A stretch of DNA of 64,000 nt from Rebecca billardiae RCC1528 (lineage: Eukaryota; Protista; Haptophyta): assembly GCA_965240325.2 (NCBI GenBank), contig OZ251222.1, positions 806,001-870,000 of the forward strand. The letters run 5' to 3'. The translations under genes and the position numbers were made by a program. This document shows, in pieces, positions 1 to 12,973 of the stretch (its first letter is position 1; the number at the start of each line of letters is the position of its first letter). Under the pieces are notes generated by a model. The model was given only the letters and a program-made list of their open reading frames with translations. It ran no database searches and was not told where the DNA came from.

Positions 1-3000
1 GCCATCGGACGCCGCGCGATCGTCCGCGTTGCCAGCAGCCGTCGCGGCGCTGACGTCCACCGCAAGCCGCAGCAGCCCGAAGAGCGGACGCGCATCTGCC
101 GTCGAGTCGCCGCCGTCCCTGGCGACGACGGGCGCGGCGCGCGCGCTGCCCAGCCCGAGCGGGTCAGCCGGCGTCGGCTCGCCCAGCGTCGCGCGCAGCA
201 GCGCGGTGGTCGCCACCGACGGCGTGAGCAGCCTCGCCGTGCCCAGCGCCCACACCAGCCGCCCCGCCTCGGCCGGAGCCAGCGCGCCCTCGGCGGCCGC
301 GGCCGAGGCGCGGTCGGGCGCCGCGCCGAGCCCGTATTCAAGACTCTCTTGCACGAGGCCGAGGAGCTCTGCGCCACGCGGGAAGCCGCCGCGCGGCGCC
401 GCGCGCGGGTCCGCGCTCACGGTGGCGACGGCCCATGCCAGGTGCGCCAGCTCTGACGGCGCGCACCGCGCCCGCAGCGCGCCGGCGGATGCGTCCGCGA
501 TCTGGCCAAGCAATTTGAAGTCGTGATACCGGGCATGCGCGAACGCGGCGGCGAGCAGCCCGAGCGAGCCCACGCCAAAGGCGCTGAGCTGCCGCGCGCG
601 CACGGCGGCCGCGAGCTCGTCGAGCAGCCGCGCGTGCGGCTCGCGCGCCGCGCTGCACAGCGACCACGCGAGCTTCGCGAGGTCGACGTCGTCCGCGTCG
701 GCGAGGTGCGGGACCATCCGAAGTCCGAGCTCGGGCAGCAGTCGCCGGGTCGACTCGGGCAGCGGGCTGAAGCCGTCCACCGACGCGTACGCCTGGTGGC
801 GCGCGGCGCAGGCACGCGCGTGGGCGGCCGCGCGGTCGGTCGGGCACGGGGGCGAGCGCCGCGCCGCGCACGCGCGCGCAGCCGGCCGCGCGCACGCACG
901 CGCACAGCGCGTGGCATGAAGCCTACCGCGCGCGCGGCGCGCGGCCGCATCGGCGCACACACGCGTCGCGCGGCGCGCGTCGCGCGCGGCTGCGCGCGGC
1001 TGCGCACCCAGAGAAGCTTGCTCAGGGAGCGGGTGGTGCGCCAGTCGAGCCGCGTGCTCTCCGCCTCAGCGGCGGCGGCGCCCGGCGCTGAGCCGGCGCC
1101 GCCCGGCCCGGCGCCGTGCAGCGCGGAGAGCGTGTGCACTGCCACGCGCTCCATCAGAGCGCCGTGGCGCACGCACGCCTGCGCGTCGTGACACGGCCGT
1201 GGTGCCGCGCAAGGGCGGGCGGGGGCGCTGGGCGCGCGGCTGAGAGGGCGCGCGCGGGGCGGGGTGCGCGCGTGCGCGGCGCGGCGCGCGCCGAGGCGCT
1301 CTCGCGCGCGCGGCGGCGCGTGCCTGCGCCATCGCCCACGAGAGCAACGCGGCATCGTGAACGCTGAGCGCGCGCTCGTGCGTCGCGGCCGCGTCTGCCA
1401 CCCTGCCCACCAGCGCGCGCGTCTCCGCGGAGTTCGGGTCTGCCGTGGCGTACGCGGCGGCGAGGTGCGCGATGGCCGCGGGCTCGAAGCCGCGCAGCCG
1501 CGCGGCCGACGTCGGGCTCGTGTCCCCCGCCTCGTCGGCACCCGGCTGCGCCCCAGGCCGGCCGGCGCGAGCGCGCGCGCCAGCGGCCGCGCACCCAGGC
1601 GCCCCCGTCGATCGATCGGCGCGCGCGTCTGCCGGGGCCCCCTCGCCCTCCGCCGGCGCGCTCGGCGGCGGCAGCGGCGCGAGCTCGCGGAAGAGCGCCG
1701 GCTCGGCGACCCCGGCGCTCGCGAGCGCGTACAGCACGACCGAGAGCTGGTGCGGCCGCATCCGCGCCGCGTGCGCGCGCACCGCCGGCACGGCGCGGTC
1801 GAGGAACGTCGCTGCGCGCGCGTGGCCGGACGCTCTGAAGGCCCACACGAGCTCAGCGAGCTGCGCGCGCGAGCACGCGTGCGGGTCGACGCCGTCGGCG
1901 AGGGCGTCGAAGACGGGGCTCTCGCGCACGAGCGCGCGGAGGGACGGCTCGGCCGACGCTGACCCCGCCGACCCCGCCGCCGACGACGCCGCGCTCGCGC
2001 GCGCGCCCGGCGCCTCGCTTGCGGCTGCGTGCGCAAACGCCCACGCAACATCTTGCAGCTCGCGCGTGCTGAGCGCGCCGCTGCGCGCGCGCGCGGCCAC
2101 CTCGGCGTGCGTGGCGGAGATGAGCGCGGGCTCGGCGGACGAGCTGACCACCAGCGCGCGCACCAGCAGCGACAGCTCTCGCGGCCCGAACTGCGGCAGC
2201 AGCGCCGTGCAGCGCTCGCGCAGCCACGCGCGCAGCGCGGGCGGCGAGGCGACGCGCGCGCGCGCGAACGCCAGTGTGACAGTGAGCACCTTTATCGGGT
2301 CATCGGCCACGGGCAGATCGGCGTCGGGATGGGCGGCGGCGTGGGCGTGCGGCTCGGTGCAGGGCTGCGCGCGCGCGCTGCTCCGCCCGCCACGCGTCGC
2401 CAGCTCGATCCCCGCGGCGCGCAGCAGCCGCTCGCGCTCGCGCGCATCTGCCGCGTGCGCGCCGGCGCCGCGGCCGGCGCCGCCGTCCGCGCCCGCCGCG
2501 CGCGCCTCTGGCCGGCGCTCGCGCTCGCACTCGGAGCCGTACGCGGCGAGGAGCGCGACGAGGCTGGGCTCGGAGAAGTCGCGCATGCGCAGCTGCGCGC
2601 GCGCCACGGGCGCCGCCGCGACGAACAGCGCGCGGCGCAGCGAGAGGGCGTCCGTGTGCGACGGCGTCGTGTCTGCCGCCGCGCGCGCGGGCGCGCGGCT
2701 GAGCGGCGCTGCGGGCGCGCCGCCGCCGGCCGGCGGCGCGCCGCCGGCCGGCGGCTCGAGCAGCGCGTCGGCGCGCGCGAAAGCGGAGAGGATGGTGGTC
2801 AGCTCGAACGCGCTGAGCTCCGCCAGCCGGTCGGCGCGCAGCAGCTGCGCCGCCGCGCGCGAGAAGAGCAGCCCCGGACCGACGGGCGCAGGCCCGCCGG
2901 GCGCGCGCGCCGCCTCGGCGCCGGCCGCGTCCGCGCCGCCGCGGTGCGCCGTGAGCCTCGCGTCCGCCTCCGCGGCGACGAGGTGAAGCAGGCGCGCGAG

Positions 3001-4077
3001 CTCGCCGCCGTTGAACGCGCGGAGCCTCGTCTCGTCCATCCCCGCGCTCGCCGCGTGCACCAGCTCGGCGCACCTCGCGCCCGCCTCGTCGGCGTCAGCA
3101 TGGCCGCCGTCGGCCGCGAGCGCGTACTCACGTGAGTAAGCCCACAGCGCGTTGGTGAGCTCGCGCGGCGAGAGCTCGTGCAGCCGGCGGGCGACGACGG
3201 CGTGCGCGGCGCGAAAGAGGTTGGGCGCGCGCTCGCCCGCGCGCGCGTACGCCCAGAGCATCGCCGACAGCCCGATCGGCTCGAAGCGCTCGAGCTGCGT
3301 CAGCGCGGCGCGCTCGGCGGCGGCGCGCAACGCCGCGCACTCGACGCGCGCGGTCGTGAGCGCCCAGAGCGTGTTGGCCAGGCCCTGCGGGCTGAAGTCG
3401 GCGATGCGCGGGATCGCGGCGTCGCGCGCCCGCTCGAGCAGCTCGAGCAGCGCCGGGCTCACCTCCGCCGCCGCACCCTCGCTGGCAGGCGACGCGCGGC
3501 CGCGCGCGCCGACTGTCGCGGCCGCCCACGCGCAGTTCGAGAGGTCGTACGCGTTGAGCTCGGCGATGCGCGCGCTGGTGACGGGCGCGAGCACGTCGAC
3601 GAGGAGGGCGATGGCGGCCGGGTGGCCCAGCTGCGCGCACGTGTACGCGGCGTTCGCCAGCCCGCGCGCGTCAAAGTGCGGCGCGCGCTCGCGCATGAGC
3701 GCGACCATCGCGTCAAACAGCGCCGCGTGCGCGAGGAAGAAGTGGCGGCGCTCGGAGGGGCTCCACGTGCTCGTGGCCTCGTGCAGGCGGTACCACGCGT
3801 GCGTGAGGTTCACCACGTTCAGGTCGTCCCGGTGGGCGATCACCGCGCGCAGCACGTGCTCCGGGCTCTCGGCGAGCGAGAGCTCGCAGTTGATCGTGAA
3901 CATGTCGGTGCGCGACAGCGGCATCTGCGCCGCGGCGCTCCGGCGGTGCGGCGTGCGCACCGACGCGATGTGCGAGGTCGGGCTCGCCACGACGGCGCCG
4001 CGAGATCTGCGCGCGCCGCCTGTGGCGACCGCCGCCACCGCCGCGGCGCCGCGGCGTGTGCGCACCCACGCGCGCAT
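1..4077 (-). CDS. OPR/HPR-like helical-repeat (FASTK/RAP-type) RNA-binding protein, 3' end runs off the window; exons 4077-1324, 1178-1008, 792-<1
   Basis: Repeated helical motifs FDARGLANAAYTCAQLG, LNAYDLSNCAWAAATVG, FSPQGLANTLWALTTAR, FEPIGLSAMLWAYARAG, LSPRELTNALWAYS, MRPHQLSVVLYALASAG. Intron 1323-1179 (GC-AG, phase 0) and intron 1007-793 (GT-AG, phase 0) restore the frame (..AMAQ|ACVRH.. and ..KLLW|AYASVDGF..). Alternative ATG at 3924. Confidence 0.75.
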
Positions 4078-4305
4078 CGTGGCGACGTCCAGGTGCCACG
4101 CGGCAGCACGCGGTTCGAATTATTGCGACCGCACGGAGAATTCAGCAGATTTTCTGCCAGCGGACGATTTTCGAGCGGAGCCGCTGCGAGCCGCCGGAAA
4201 TTCGATCGAGGAGCGAATATTATCAGCATCGGAACTCCCGCCTCCTGCGCGCGCATCGGACGGATCGTCACGGACGGGACGGACCCCTGCACTCGCAGAG
4301 CGCTG

Positions 4306-6951
4306 CTAGCTGCCCCGGCTCTGAGACCCAGTGGTGGCACCATCAGGTGCCGCCGTGTTGGCGGCTCTGCGTCCGGCGGCGATGACGATGCCCGTGCCGC
4401 ACACGCGGCAGTTGTCGCTCGCGCGCACAACGTCCGGCGCAAACAGGCACATGCACAGGGGGCACCAGGTGAAGTCATCGCTCTGCAGCACCTTGTGCGA
4501 AGCGCAGCACACATGCACTTTCGTGCCGCACTCGGCGCACTCCGACGCAGTCACTGCGCGGCGGCGGCGGCGGCGGCGGCGCGAGGCGCGCGGCGGGCGG
4601 CCACGGCGCGCGGGCGTGCGCACGTCGTGTCACGTGTTGCACACACGCCGCGGGCGCGCGGCGCCCCGGCGCTGCGCGCGGTGGCGCACACACCTCGGGT
4701 GGAGGCACCGCACTGCCAGCACGGCGTGCGCACGGAATGGCCGTCGCGCAAGCCCGCGCCCTCGCACTTGGCGCGAAGCGAGCGCAACTGGTGCGCATGC
4801 TGAGGCGCCAGCAGGCCAAACAGGCCGGGCGCGAGCAGAGCGTCTGCAAAAGTCGCAGCCATGCCTGCGCGCCGGGCGCGCGCGCGGCGGCAGAGGCGCG
4901 CGCGCGTGCTCAGTCGCCGCGCGCCGCGCCCACGCCGCGCCGCGCACGGCCGCGGCCCGCCCTGAGGCACGCGCCTCGCGCTGCGTGGCGCCCATCACCT
5001 CGCCGCACGCACGCACACTGCGCGCACGCGGCGCATCACGCACAGCGCGGCGCACGCACGGCGCGCACGCCGCAGCGCGTTCCGCACGGCGCGCACACAG
5101 AGGCCCGCCCCGCACGGCGCGCACCGCACCGAAGTTGTGAGCGTCCAGGTTGCACCGCACTGCCATGTGCAGGCAGACCTTGCGGTGCGGCGGGAGCAGC
5201 GGCAGCGCGGCGAGCAGCGCGGAGAGCCGCGCGCGCGCGCTCGCGCGCGCGCCGTCGGGCCCGCCCTCGCCCCTGCCCTCGAGCCTCGCCAGCTCGATGA
5301 GCAGACACAGCGCTACATGGTACTGCGCGCAGAAGCGAATGTCGGAGATGCGCTGCCGCACCGCGGCCGAGCGCGTGAGCAGCGCGAGGCACTCGCCGAT
5401 CCGCGCGAGCGCCTCGTCGAAGCGCGCGGCCTCGAGCGCGCGGAAGGCGCGCTGGATGAGCTGCACGCCCTCCACGGGTGCGGGCGCCGCCTGCCCCTCC
5501 GACGCCGACGCTGACGCCGACGGCTGCGCCGCGCGCTCAGAGTGATCGTTGGCGTCGGCGCGCGCCCGGCCGCCGTCAGCCGCGCCGCCGCCGCGCCGCC
5601 GCCGCTCCGCGCTGCCCCTGCCGGCGGATGCCGCTGGCGGCGAGGAGCGCGGCCGCGCAGGCGGCGAGGCCGGCTGCGCTTCCGGACTCCCATCGGCCGG
5701 GCTCCCGCCGAAGGCGTCGCCCGATCCACCGCCGCCGCCTGCCGACGCCCGTGCCAGCGCACCGTCGTCGCGGCGCGGCGCGGCGTCGGCCGTAGCCGAG
5801 GGCGTCGGGAACGCGAGCGGCGCGCTGCCCCAGTCGGCCGCAAAGGGCTCAGGCTCGGCGGCGGCGGGTGGCGGAGGCGCAGGCGCGGCGCTCGCGCCGG
5901 GCACGCGCCGGCTCCGCCCCTGCGGCGGCGGCAGCGGCGCGCTCATCTTGAACGCAGCCGCGGCCGACTTGAGGTCATCGGCCGTTCCCTCGCGCGCCTC
6001 CTGCGCGCTGCGGATTTTGATCTGGAACGCCGGCCTGAACTCCTCGTCCTCCTCGCCCTCGTCCTCCCCGTCGCCTCGCCCGCCCGAGCGGTGCTCGTCG
6101 TCCGACTCCCCGCCACGCACGCCCAGCTCGCCATCCTCCTCCGCGTCGCGCCCCCGGCCTCTTCGCCGGCCGCCGCCGCCGCCGCCGCCGCCGGCCGCCG
6201 GTGCGAGCTTCTTCCTGCGCACGCGGTACCCGTCCTCGTCGAGCTCCCAGCTGCCATCGCTGCAGGCGCCGTCAGCGCCCTCGGCGGCGCGCGCGTCGGC
6301 CTCCCCCGACCCACCGGCACTCTCCACCTGCGCCGAGCCCTCGGGCGCGCCGTGCGCCGCGCTCTCGGCGGGCGCGCGGGCGCGCGACCGTCGGCTCGAC
6401 GGCGACGAGCCGCTCGAGTGGCCGGCGCCGGCGCCGCTCGCGGGCAGGCGCATGTCCGGCTCGCGCCCGCGCATGGCGCCGGAGGCGGCGTTGATCGCCT
6501 CGATCCAGTCTCGCAGCTCCTCGCGCGTCGGAGCGTACAGGACGCGCTTCTTGTTGTTGACGACGATCGCGAGGCCGTGGTAGCCCTGCCCGGCGTGCTC
6601 CTGCTCGCCCAGCGGCTGCGCGACCGCGCCGTGCACGGGGATGGTGCCCTTGGGCTGGGCGTCCGACGGGCCAAGGTAGTAGTATATGTACCCGTCGGCG
6701 CACACGCCGAACCAGCGCTTCGTCCACGGCGGGATCGCCAAGCCGCGTTTCCACAGGTGGCCGCTCATCAGGAACGGGCTCCCCGCGGCGTCGCCGACTG
6801 AGCTGTGGGGCGAGCGCCCAGCGTCGAGCCCTGCGCGGCTGCTCTGGCGAGGCTTCCACAGCGCATCAGCCTCGTCGAGCTGGATCACCTCGCCCGTGTC
6901 CAGGTTGCGGATCACCGGCAGCTGGTCGCCGCCGCCCGGAGCGGTGACCAT
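4306..6951 (-). CDS. PH-domain protein with acidic linker and C-terminal COPI_C/TWD40(TTRAY)-like helical + Cys-rich domain; exons 6951-5130, 4864-4694, 4553-4306
   Basis: PH domain (SGHLWKRG..WTKRWF..YIYYY..PKGTI..ELRDWIEAI). The C-terminal region FCAQYHVALCLLIELARL..ARLSALLAALPLLPPHRKVCLHMAVRCNLDAHNFG|MAATFADALL..VCCASH..CPLC..CRVCG resembles the alpha-COP/TWD40 C-terminus. Two GT-AG phase-1 introns (5129-4865, 4693-4554) join three ORF-track pieces in frame. Confidence 0.75.
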
Positions 6952-8427
6952 CGCGACGCGAGTCACGATGGCGGCGGCCCGGCGCGGCCAGCCGTGTTTG
7001 AGGTCCCACCAATCGATCACACGGCCGCAACTTTCCTACGCGGTACTCTTGCTAAAAATGATTAAAAAAATCCACGCGCGTGACTGAGACCCTTGCACCG
7101 GTGCGCGGCCGTCCAGCTGCCTGCCAGCTCGGTCTACTACTTTGGTCTGACGCACTTGGCGCACTGTCGCTACGCACGAAGCCATGCGCAGTGCAGAAAA
7201 TGGCGGCGTGCATCGCTTGGAAGAGCCGCAGCTTGCATCGTCCATTTAGCAGTGATTCAGCCCATGATGTGATTACCGCGCAGTCTCAGTCTCAGTCTAA
7301 GTCAGCTTCAGCTGATGCCTGATCCGAAGCAGATTTGGGTGCGCGGTGGCGGGGGGCGCGATCGGCAGGCAGGTGGGCGCCGTGAGCGGGTACGCGAGCG
7401 CTGAGAGGTATCGGTGTGACCATCTCCCTCGATCACCAGAGCCTCAGCCCTTCCTAGTCCCCTTTTCCCGTGCGGCCGCACTCCGTGACACCATCCATCA
7501 CCAACCGACCAGGAGCCGCTGAACATGCCTGAAGCAGGTTTGGAATGGTGCTCAAACCGCGGCAGAGGCGATCGTATCACTGCGGCGTGATGTAGAGTGT
7601 GGTGCGTCATCGCAATCGATGACGGCAGCTACCCACCCGCCCATCGGTAGGCTCGAGGCTGCTACCCGCAGGCGCCCGTGCGGTCCGGGCTCGAAGCCTG
7701 CCACCTCGAGCTCGACAAGATCCCTCACTGGGCTTCTCGCAGTGACACTACTTGCGCGGGGCACGCGTTTTGCGCATGCGATCGACGCTATAAAACACAG
7801 GCGAAGAAGCAGCGAATCAAGCGATCACCTCAATCGCTCTGGTGCTGCGGGCAGGTGGCGGTGCACACCTCCTCGGTAGGCGTGCTGGGTGGAAAACCAG
7901 TTACTCGCGAGCGTGCGATATTAATCAATGCGCTCATTATATGTATATATATCATCGTTGATACTCACATGACCGACTTGTTGTAAGTATTATACACCAT
8001 CACCAGCATTGCCGATTTGCCGATGAATATCTTCAAACACGAACTCGCCAACTCGGCCTGCACCGACCACGTCAATGACATATCAGTATTAATACACGTA
8101 TCTACCTACGAACAGTGAGAACATCAGCATACTCGGCAAGTACTACCCACACGTTCGTATTATAGTTACGTCAATGAACTGGAGCCATATTTGCAATTAT
8201 TCCCTGCGATGAATACAATTCATCAGTCCATATATATATATGTTTTCTAGGCTTACTCACGCCATCAGTATGAGACTACTTCGTAAGTACAGCTATCATT
8301 TCATCTCGGCGGGTTCATGGTGAGAAAGATGAATAGTGCTGCGCATCGCCGTCGAGAGCTGTATGATAGATCCACGAGGAACCACAGCACGTCGCGAGAA
8401 TCAATGAGCCATCCGAGCCTCCATGCC

Positions 8428-8670
8428 ATGCGACCGCGCAAGAGGGCGCTCAATCAGGCGGCGGTGCTGCTGCTCGCAGTCGCGCCGGGCGCCGTGATCG
8501 CGCAGTACGTGAGCATCGAACGTGAGCAGAAGATCTCGGCCACGTCTGGCGGGCTCGATGCGTCCGCCGTCTCGGCGGGTGACGAGCTCGGCTGGAAAGG
8601 CCTTGCCTTTGTGGGCGACTTGGAGGCGGCGACGGTGTACCCGACGCGGTCGCCGGGCTGCATATGGCAT
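8428..8670 (+). pseudogene. Truncated, frameshifted FG-GAP (integrin-alpha-like beta-propeller) secreted-protein fragment
   Basis: Signal-peptide-like AAVLLLAVAPGAVIA, then QKISATSGG..GDELG..AFVGDL. After a frameshift near 8625 the next frame reads GDGVPDAVAG, completing a GDLxGDGxxD FG-GAP motif. Similarity stops immediately after. Confidence 0.55.
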
Positions 8671-9514
8671 CGTCCGCCGAAGGCGCAGCACTCGTGTAGG
8701 GGGTCCATGACAGCAGCCCACTGATTTGTGATTTTCGACAACTATGCGATTTAGGTGTCTGACGAGCGAGGCGCTTGCGAAGGCACCCACAAATATGTCC
8801 CGGAACCCAGCCCAGCCGTCAGAAGCACGCAAAACCGACTCCGCGTGCCGTCACGCGGTCGTGCGCGCGCGCCAGCTGCGCCACTGTGTCACATACAGAT
8901 TCAGCCAAACGTCAACGACTTGTTATGGCGGCTAAATGACGGTATATCGTCGAACATACTTATTCATAACCGTTGCAACCCGCCCAAATAAAATTACGGT
9001 GGAATTGCTGATTTTTAGAAGGCACGATGAGTGCGCGTAGAGGGCGAGGAAAAACTACTCCAAGATCGAGCATGTTACCCATTTAATTAGAGACACGTAC
9101 CCGTATATATGCGCATGTCTACCCGTTTATTATATAACGCGGGTGCGGTTTAAATATATATTCAGGGTGCTGTCAATATGGGGGTACCTTGTTCACTATT
9201 CGTGCCGGGTCATCCGAATAGGCCGCGCCGCCGCGCGGAGACCGCGGGCTCATGCCACTCGAACCGTGCCGCAGCAGGCCCGGACGGACCTGATGCGGGC
9301 GGCGGGCTGCGTGCCGAAGCACACTACCAAGCCCACCTCTGAGCATGCCACCATCCCCATAGTCGTGAGAGAGTCCTCCGCCATCGAGGCTTGCGTGCGC
9401 AGACTAGCAGTCGCCGCCGCCGAGCTTGCCGCGGTCCGTTCGGCGACTTCCGTGCCCGTGCTCTGTGTCACCGGCGTCGTCGCCGTTCGTCGTACCCTAG
9501 CCCACGCGAGGGCG

Positions 9515-10842
9515 TCACCGGTCCACCAGTACTGCGGCGGACTGCGCGCGCTTCGCCGCGCGCTCGCCCTCGAGCTCCGGCGCTCTCCTCTCGCGCTCGA
9601 ACTCGGCGCAGTCGGCAGCCATGGCAGCCCGCTCGGCCGCAGCTCGATCTGTGCCCCCGCGCGCTCTGCGCTCGGTTGCGTTGGCGCGCAAGCTGGCGCG
9701 CGCAGCGTCGGCGACGGCGCGCGCGATCGCCTTGCGCGATGAGTTCAGCTCCACCTGCTGCTCCGTCAGGCGCACCTGCTGCTCCAAGATGATCGCGTGC
9801 TCAGCAGGAGTCACGCGCTGCTCGTGCAGCTGCACCTGCACGCGGCCTGCTGCGGACGCGCGCGGCGCGCTGGCGTCGGGGGGCGAGTAGAGGTCGCGGA
9901 AGGGGCAGCTGTCGTCGCCGGCGCCCAGCGACGTGTCGTCGACATCCAGCTCCGCCTTCCTCTCCGCCGCCGACGCGCCCTGCTTCCGGCTCAGGATGCG
10001 CTCCATGTCCTCGTGCTTGCCCTTCCACCACCTGTGCACGGTCATCAGCCAGATGCCGATCACCTCGAGCCGCGGCGAGTCGTGGCGCAACGAGATGCCG
10101 AGCGCATCCACGCAGACGAGCGTGAGCGCCTTGGGCTTCTTCGTCCGACCGTCGCGCGCGGTCTGGGCGCACGCAGGGGTGAACACTCTGACCAACGGCT
10201 TGTGCTTCTTCAAGTTCTAAAGCATGAGCTCCACGAGACCACGAGCGTGCGGAGGAGGTCGAGGAGCATGAAGTCGAGCACCGATGCGTACCGCGGGCGA
10301 GTGCCGGCCACGCGCCAGCTGGTCGAAGGCTGTAGCACGTGGATGGCGCGCGCCGCCACCGCCGTCTCCTCGAGCTGCTGCGCGCTGACGTTGACGTCAG
10401 GCCGTAGCTCGGGCCTGCACGGTTGCTCACAGTCGAGGCCGTCCGCGGAGGAGGCGAGCCCCTCGGCGGTGCCGGCAGGGACCTCGGGCGGGTCGCACAC
10501 ACCCATGGGCACGCGTGCATCATCATCTGCCGCGCCCTGGACCTCGTCATGCCCGGCACAGCGGTCCGCAAGTTGGTCGGCGGCAGCTGGCCCTTGCGGC
10601 AGAGGCGTCGCGGGCACGTCCGAGGGCGAGATGGCAGCGACGGGTGGGGAAGGAGACAGTGTCCAGTCGTTGTCGATGCCCATCCCACCATATTGCGCAT
10701 GTTCGTCTCCGTATTGCTCTCCTGCACGTGCTCCCAGGACGCGCTCCTTGGTCGCGAGCAGCACACGTCGAGCACGCAGATTCAAATGATGAAGCACGAG
10801 CGTCGTTTGGCCAGCGACTCCCAGCGAGAGCCCGGTCCACAC
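9515..10842 (-). pseudogene. Disrupted intronless ORF(s) of unknown family
   Basis: Two protein-like ORFs (10842-10210 and 10213-9515) overlap in different frames, with a TAG just upstream of the second; coiled-coil tail. No recognisable family. Confidence 0.3.
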
Positions 10843-11118
10843 GAACCGTGGCTACGTGTCCGTGTCCACCGAGTCGCTCGGCGAGGCGCCTGCGCCGATG
10901 TGGGCGCGCCCAATGGCGAGCGGACGGCCGTCGACGAGGGCCATCAGCCTTGCCGACCCCGTTCAGAGCTCCGCTCCCGCGCCGAGCCGAGCGCGGATTT
11001 GGAATCTGCCGATCGCGAAAACACGCCGAACAAGTTCTGAAAAGGAAAAGAAAAGAAATCAAAACTCGATTTAATCAGATGGACCCCCTAACTCGTGCTC
11101 TTCCTGCGCGCGAACGGC

Positions 11119-11119
<1 letters not shown>

Positions 11120-11160
<41 letters not shown>

Positions 11161-11216
11161 ATCGTCTATATCTATATCTATATATATATATATAGAGATA
11201 TATACGTACACACACC

Positions 11217-11307
<91 letters not shown>
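11120..11307. repeat. Compound microsatellite (CTAT)n-(TA)n-(CA)n
   Basis: Directly visible. Confidence 0.97.
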
Positions 11308-11310
<3 letters not shown>

Positions 11311-11499
11311 AATAATAATGCCGTCGCCGCGCGCCGGCCAAGTCACTAGTCAGTAAGTAACTAGCTGCCATCAATCGGCAGTGTGAGTGTCAGGCTGTCA
11401 GCCCAACTCAGGCGGCTTTTTTTAAAATAAAATTCCCCTTTATAACGGGCTCCGGGTGATCAGGCTGGCGGCCGAAGCCTCCAGCCCTACCCTGGCCAG

Positions 11500-11560
11500 C
11501 CCTCAACCAACCACCACCCTCACCCAACCTCAAACCACTGACCGAGACACCTAGTGTCTT
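11500..11560. repeat. Dispersed repeat; inverted copy at about 23612-23680
   Basis: cctcaaccaaccaccaccctcacccaacctcaaaccactgaccgagaca is the reverse complement of tgtctcggtcagcggtttgaggttgggtgggggtggtg..gtggttggttggggg with few differences. Confidence 0.75.
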
Positions 11561-11842
11561 GGGCGGATCGGCATATATATATACTGATACTTCAGTTGAT
11601 ATATTGATCAGAGCCAGAGAGAGAGAGAGAGTGAGAGAGGCGCGCGAGAGACAGCAGCAGACAGACAGACAGATACAGTATAGATAAAATGAATTAAACA
11701 GACAATCGTCGGCTGCTGGATCGGCTTTGTTCTTGGGCATTGGGCCGCGCAGAATGCAGGCCTGTTTTATTTCTACCAGATTCCATTTACTATGTCACGG
11801 CGACAAACCCTTGCCCGCCAGTGGGAATCGGTGTCACGCCCC

Positions 11843-11985
11843 GTTGGGTGTACCTCTCACGGCCGATGGCGGCCCCCACGTGCGCGAGGAACGCGATTCC
11901 TGCACTCCTCGGTGACCGGTGAGTGCAGGAATCCAGTTGCGGCTCTCGTCCGCCTCGTCATTGTCGCACACGAGGTACACCCAAC
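11843..11985. other. Nested stem-loop in the left arm of the element
   Basis: GTTGGGTGTACCTC (11843-11856) pairs with GAGGTACACCCAAC (11972-11985); inside, GATTCCTGCACTC (11895-11907) pairs with GAGTGCAGGAATC (11921-11933). Confidence 0.8.
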
Positions 11986-12300
11986 ACCATGGGTCGGATC
12001 CTAGAACTCTCCGCGCGCTCGCAGCCGCGCGGCGAGGCACTGGGGTGTACCCTGTGATTTTTGCAGGAATCTGTAGTGTCACGGCACCCTCCCCCCCTGC
12101 CCCTAGGGGGCCCATAGGGGCGACCCCCCAGATACCCAGGCTGAGCGGCTTTCTACCCCTCTGTAGGGACATGTCCCGGAAGTCACCGGCTGCCCATAGT
12201 GTGCACGACACTGTTTCATTCCTCTGTATAGTCAGCGACGGTCCGCGCGCGCGCCGCCGCGCCGCGGCGCCGCCAGCTGCCGCTGGCGGCGGCCGCCCGC

Positions 12301-12942
12301 CGCGCCGCGCCAAGACCCCCCCCCCACCCGACCGCCCGACCCGACCCGACTGCCCGACTGCCAGTGCCACGCCGCGCCAAGGACCCCCCCCCCCCCCCCC
12401 CACCCGACCGCCCGACCCGACCCGACCGCCCGACTGCCACGCCAGTCCGGGGCTAGTCCGGGCCAGTCCGGGCCATGGCCGCCGCGCAGCCGCCGCGCCA
12501 AGACCCCCGGCCCCACCCACCCGACCGCCCGACCCGACCCGACTGCCCGACTGCCAGTGCCACGCCGCGCCAAGAACCCCCCCCCCCCCCCCGACCGCCC
12601 GACCCGACCCGACCGCCCGACTGCCACGCCAGTCCGGGGCTAGTCCGGGCCAGTCCGGGCCATGGCCGCCGCGCCGCCGCCGCGCCAAGACCCCCCCCCC
12701 CCCCCCTGACCCGACCGCCCGACCCGACCCGACTGCCCGACTGCCAGTGCCACGCCGCGCCAAGACCCCCCCCCCCACCCGACCGCCCGACCCGACCCGA
12801 CCGCCCGACTGCCACGCCAGTCCGGGGCTAGTCCGGGCCAGTCCGGGCCATGGCCGCCGCGCCGCCGCCGCGCCAAGACCCCCCCCCCCCCACCCGACCG
12901 CCCGACCCGACTGCCCGACTGCCAGTGCCACGCCGCGCCAAG

Positions 12943-12973
<31 letters not shown>

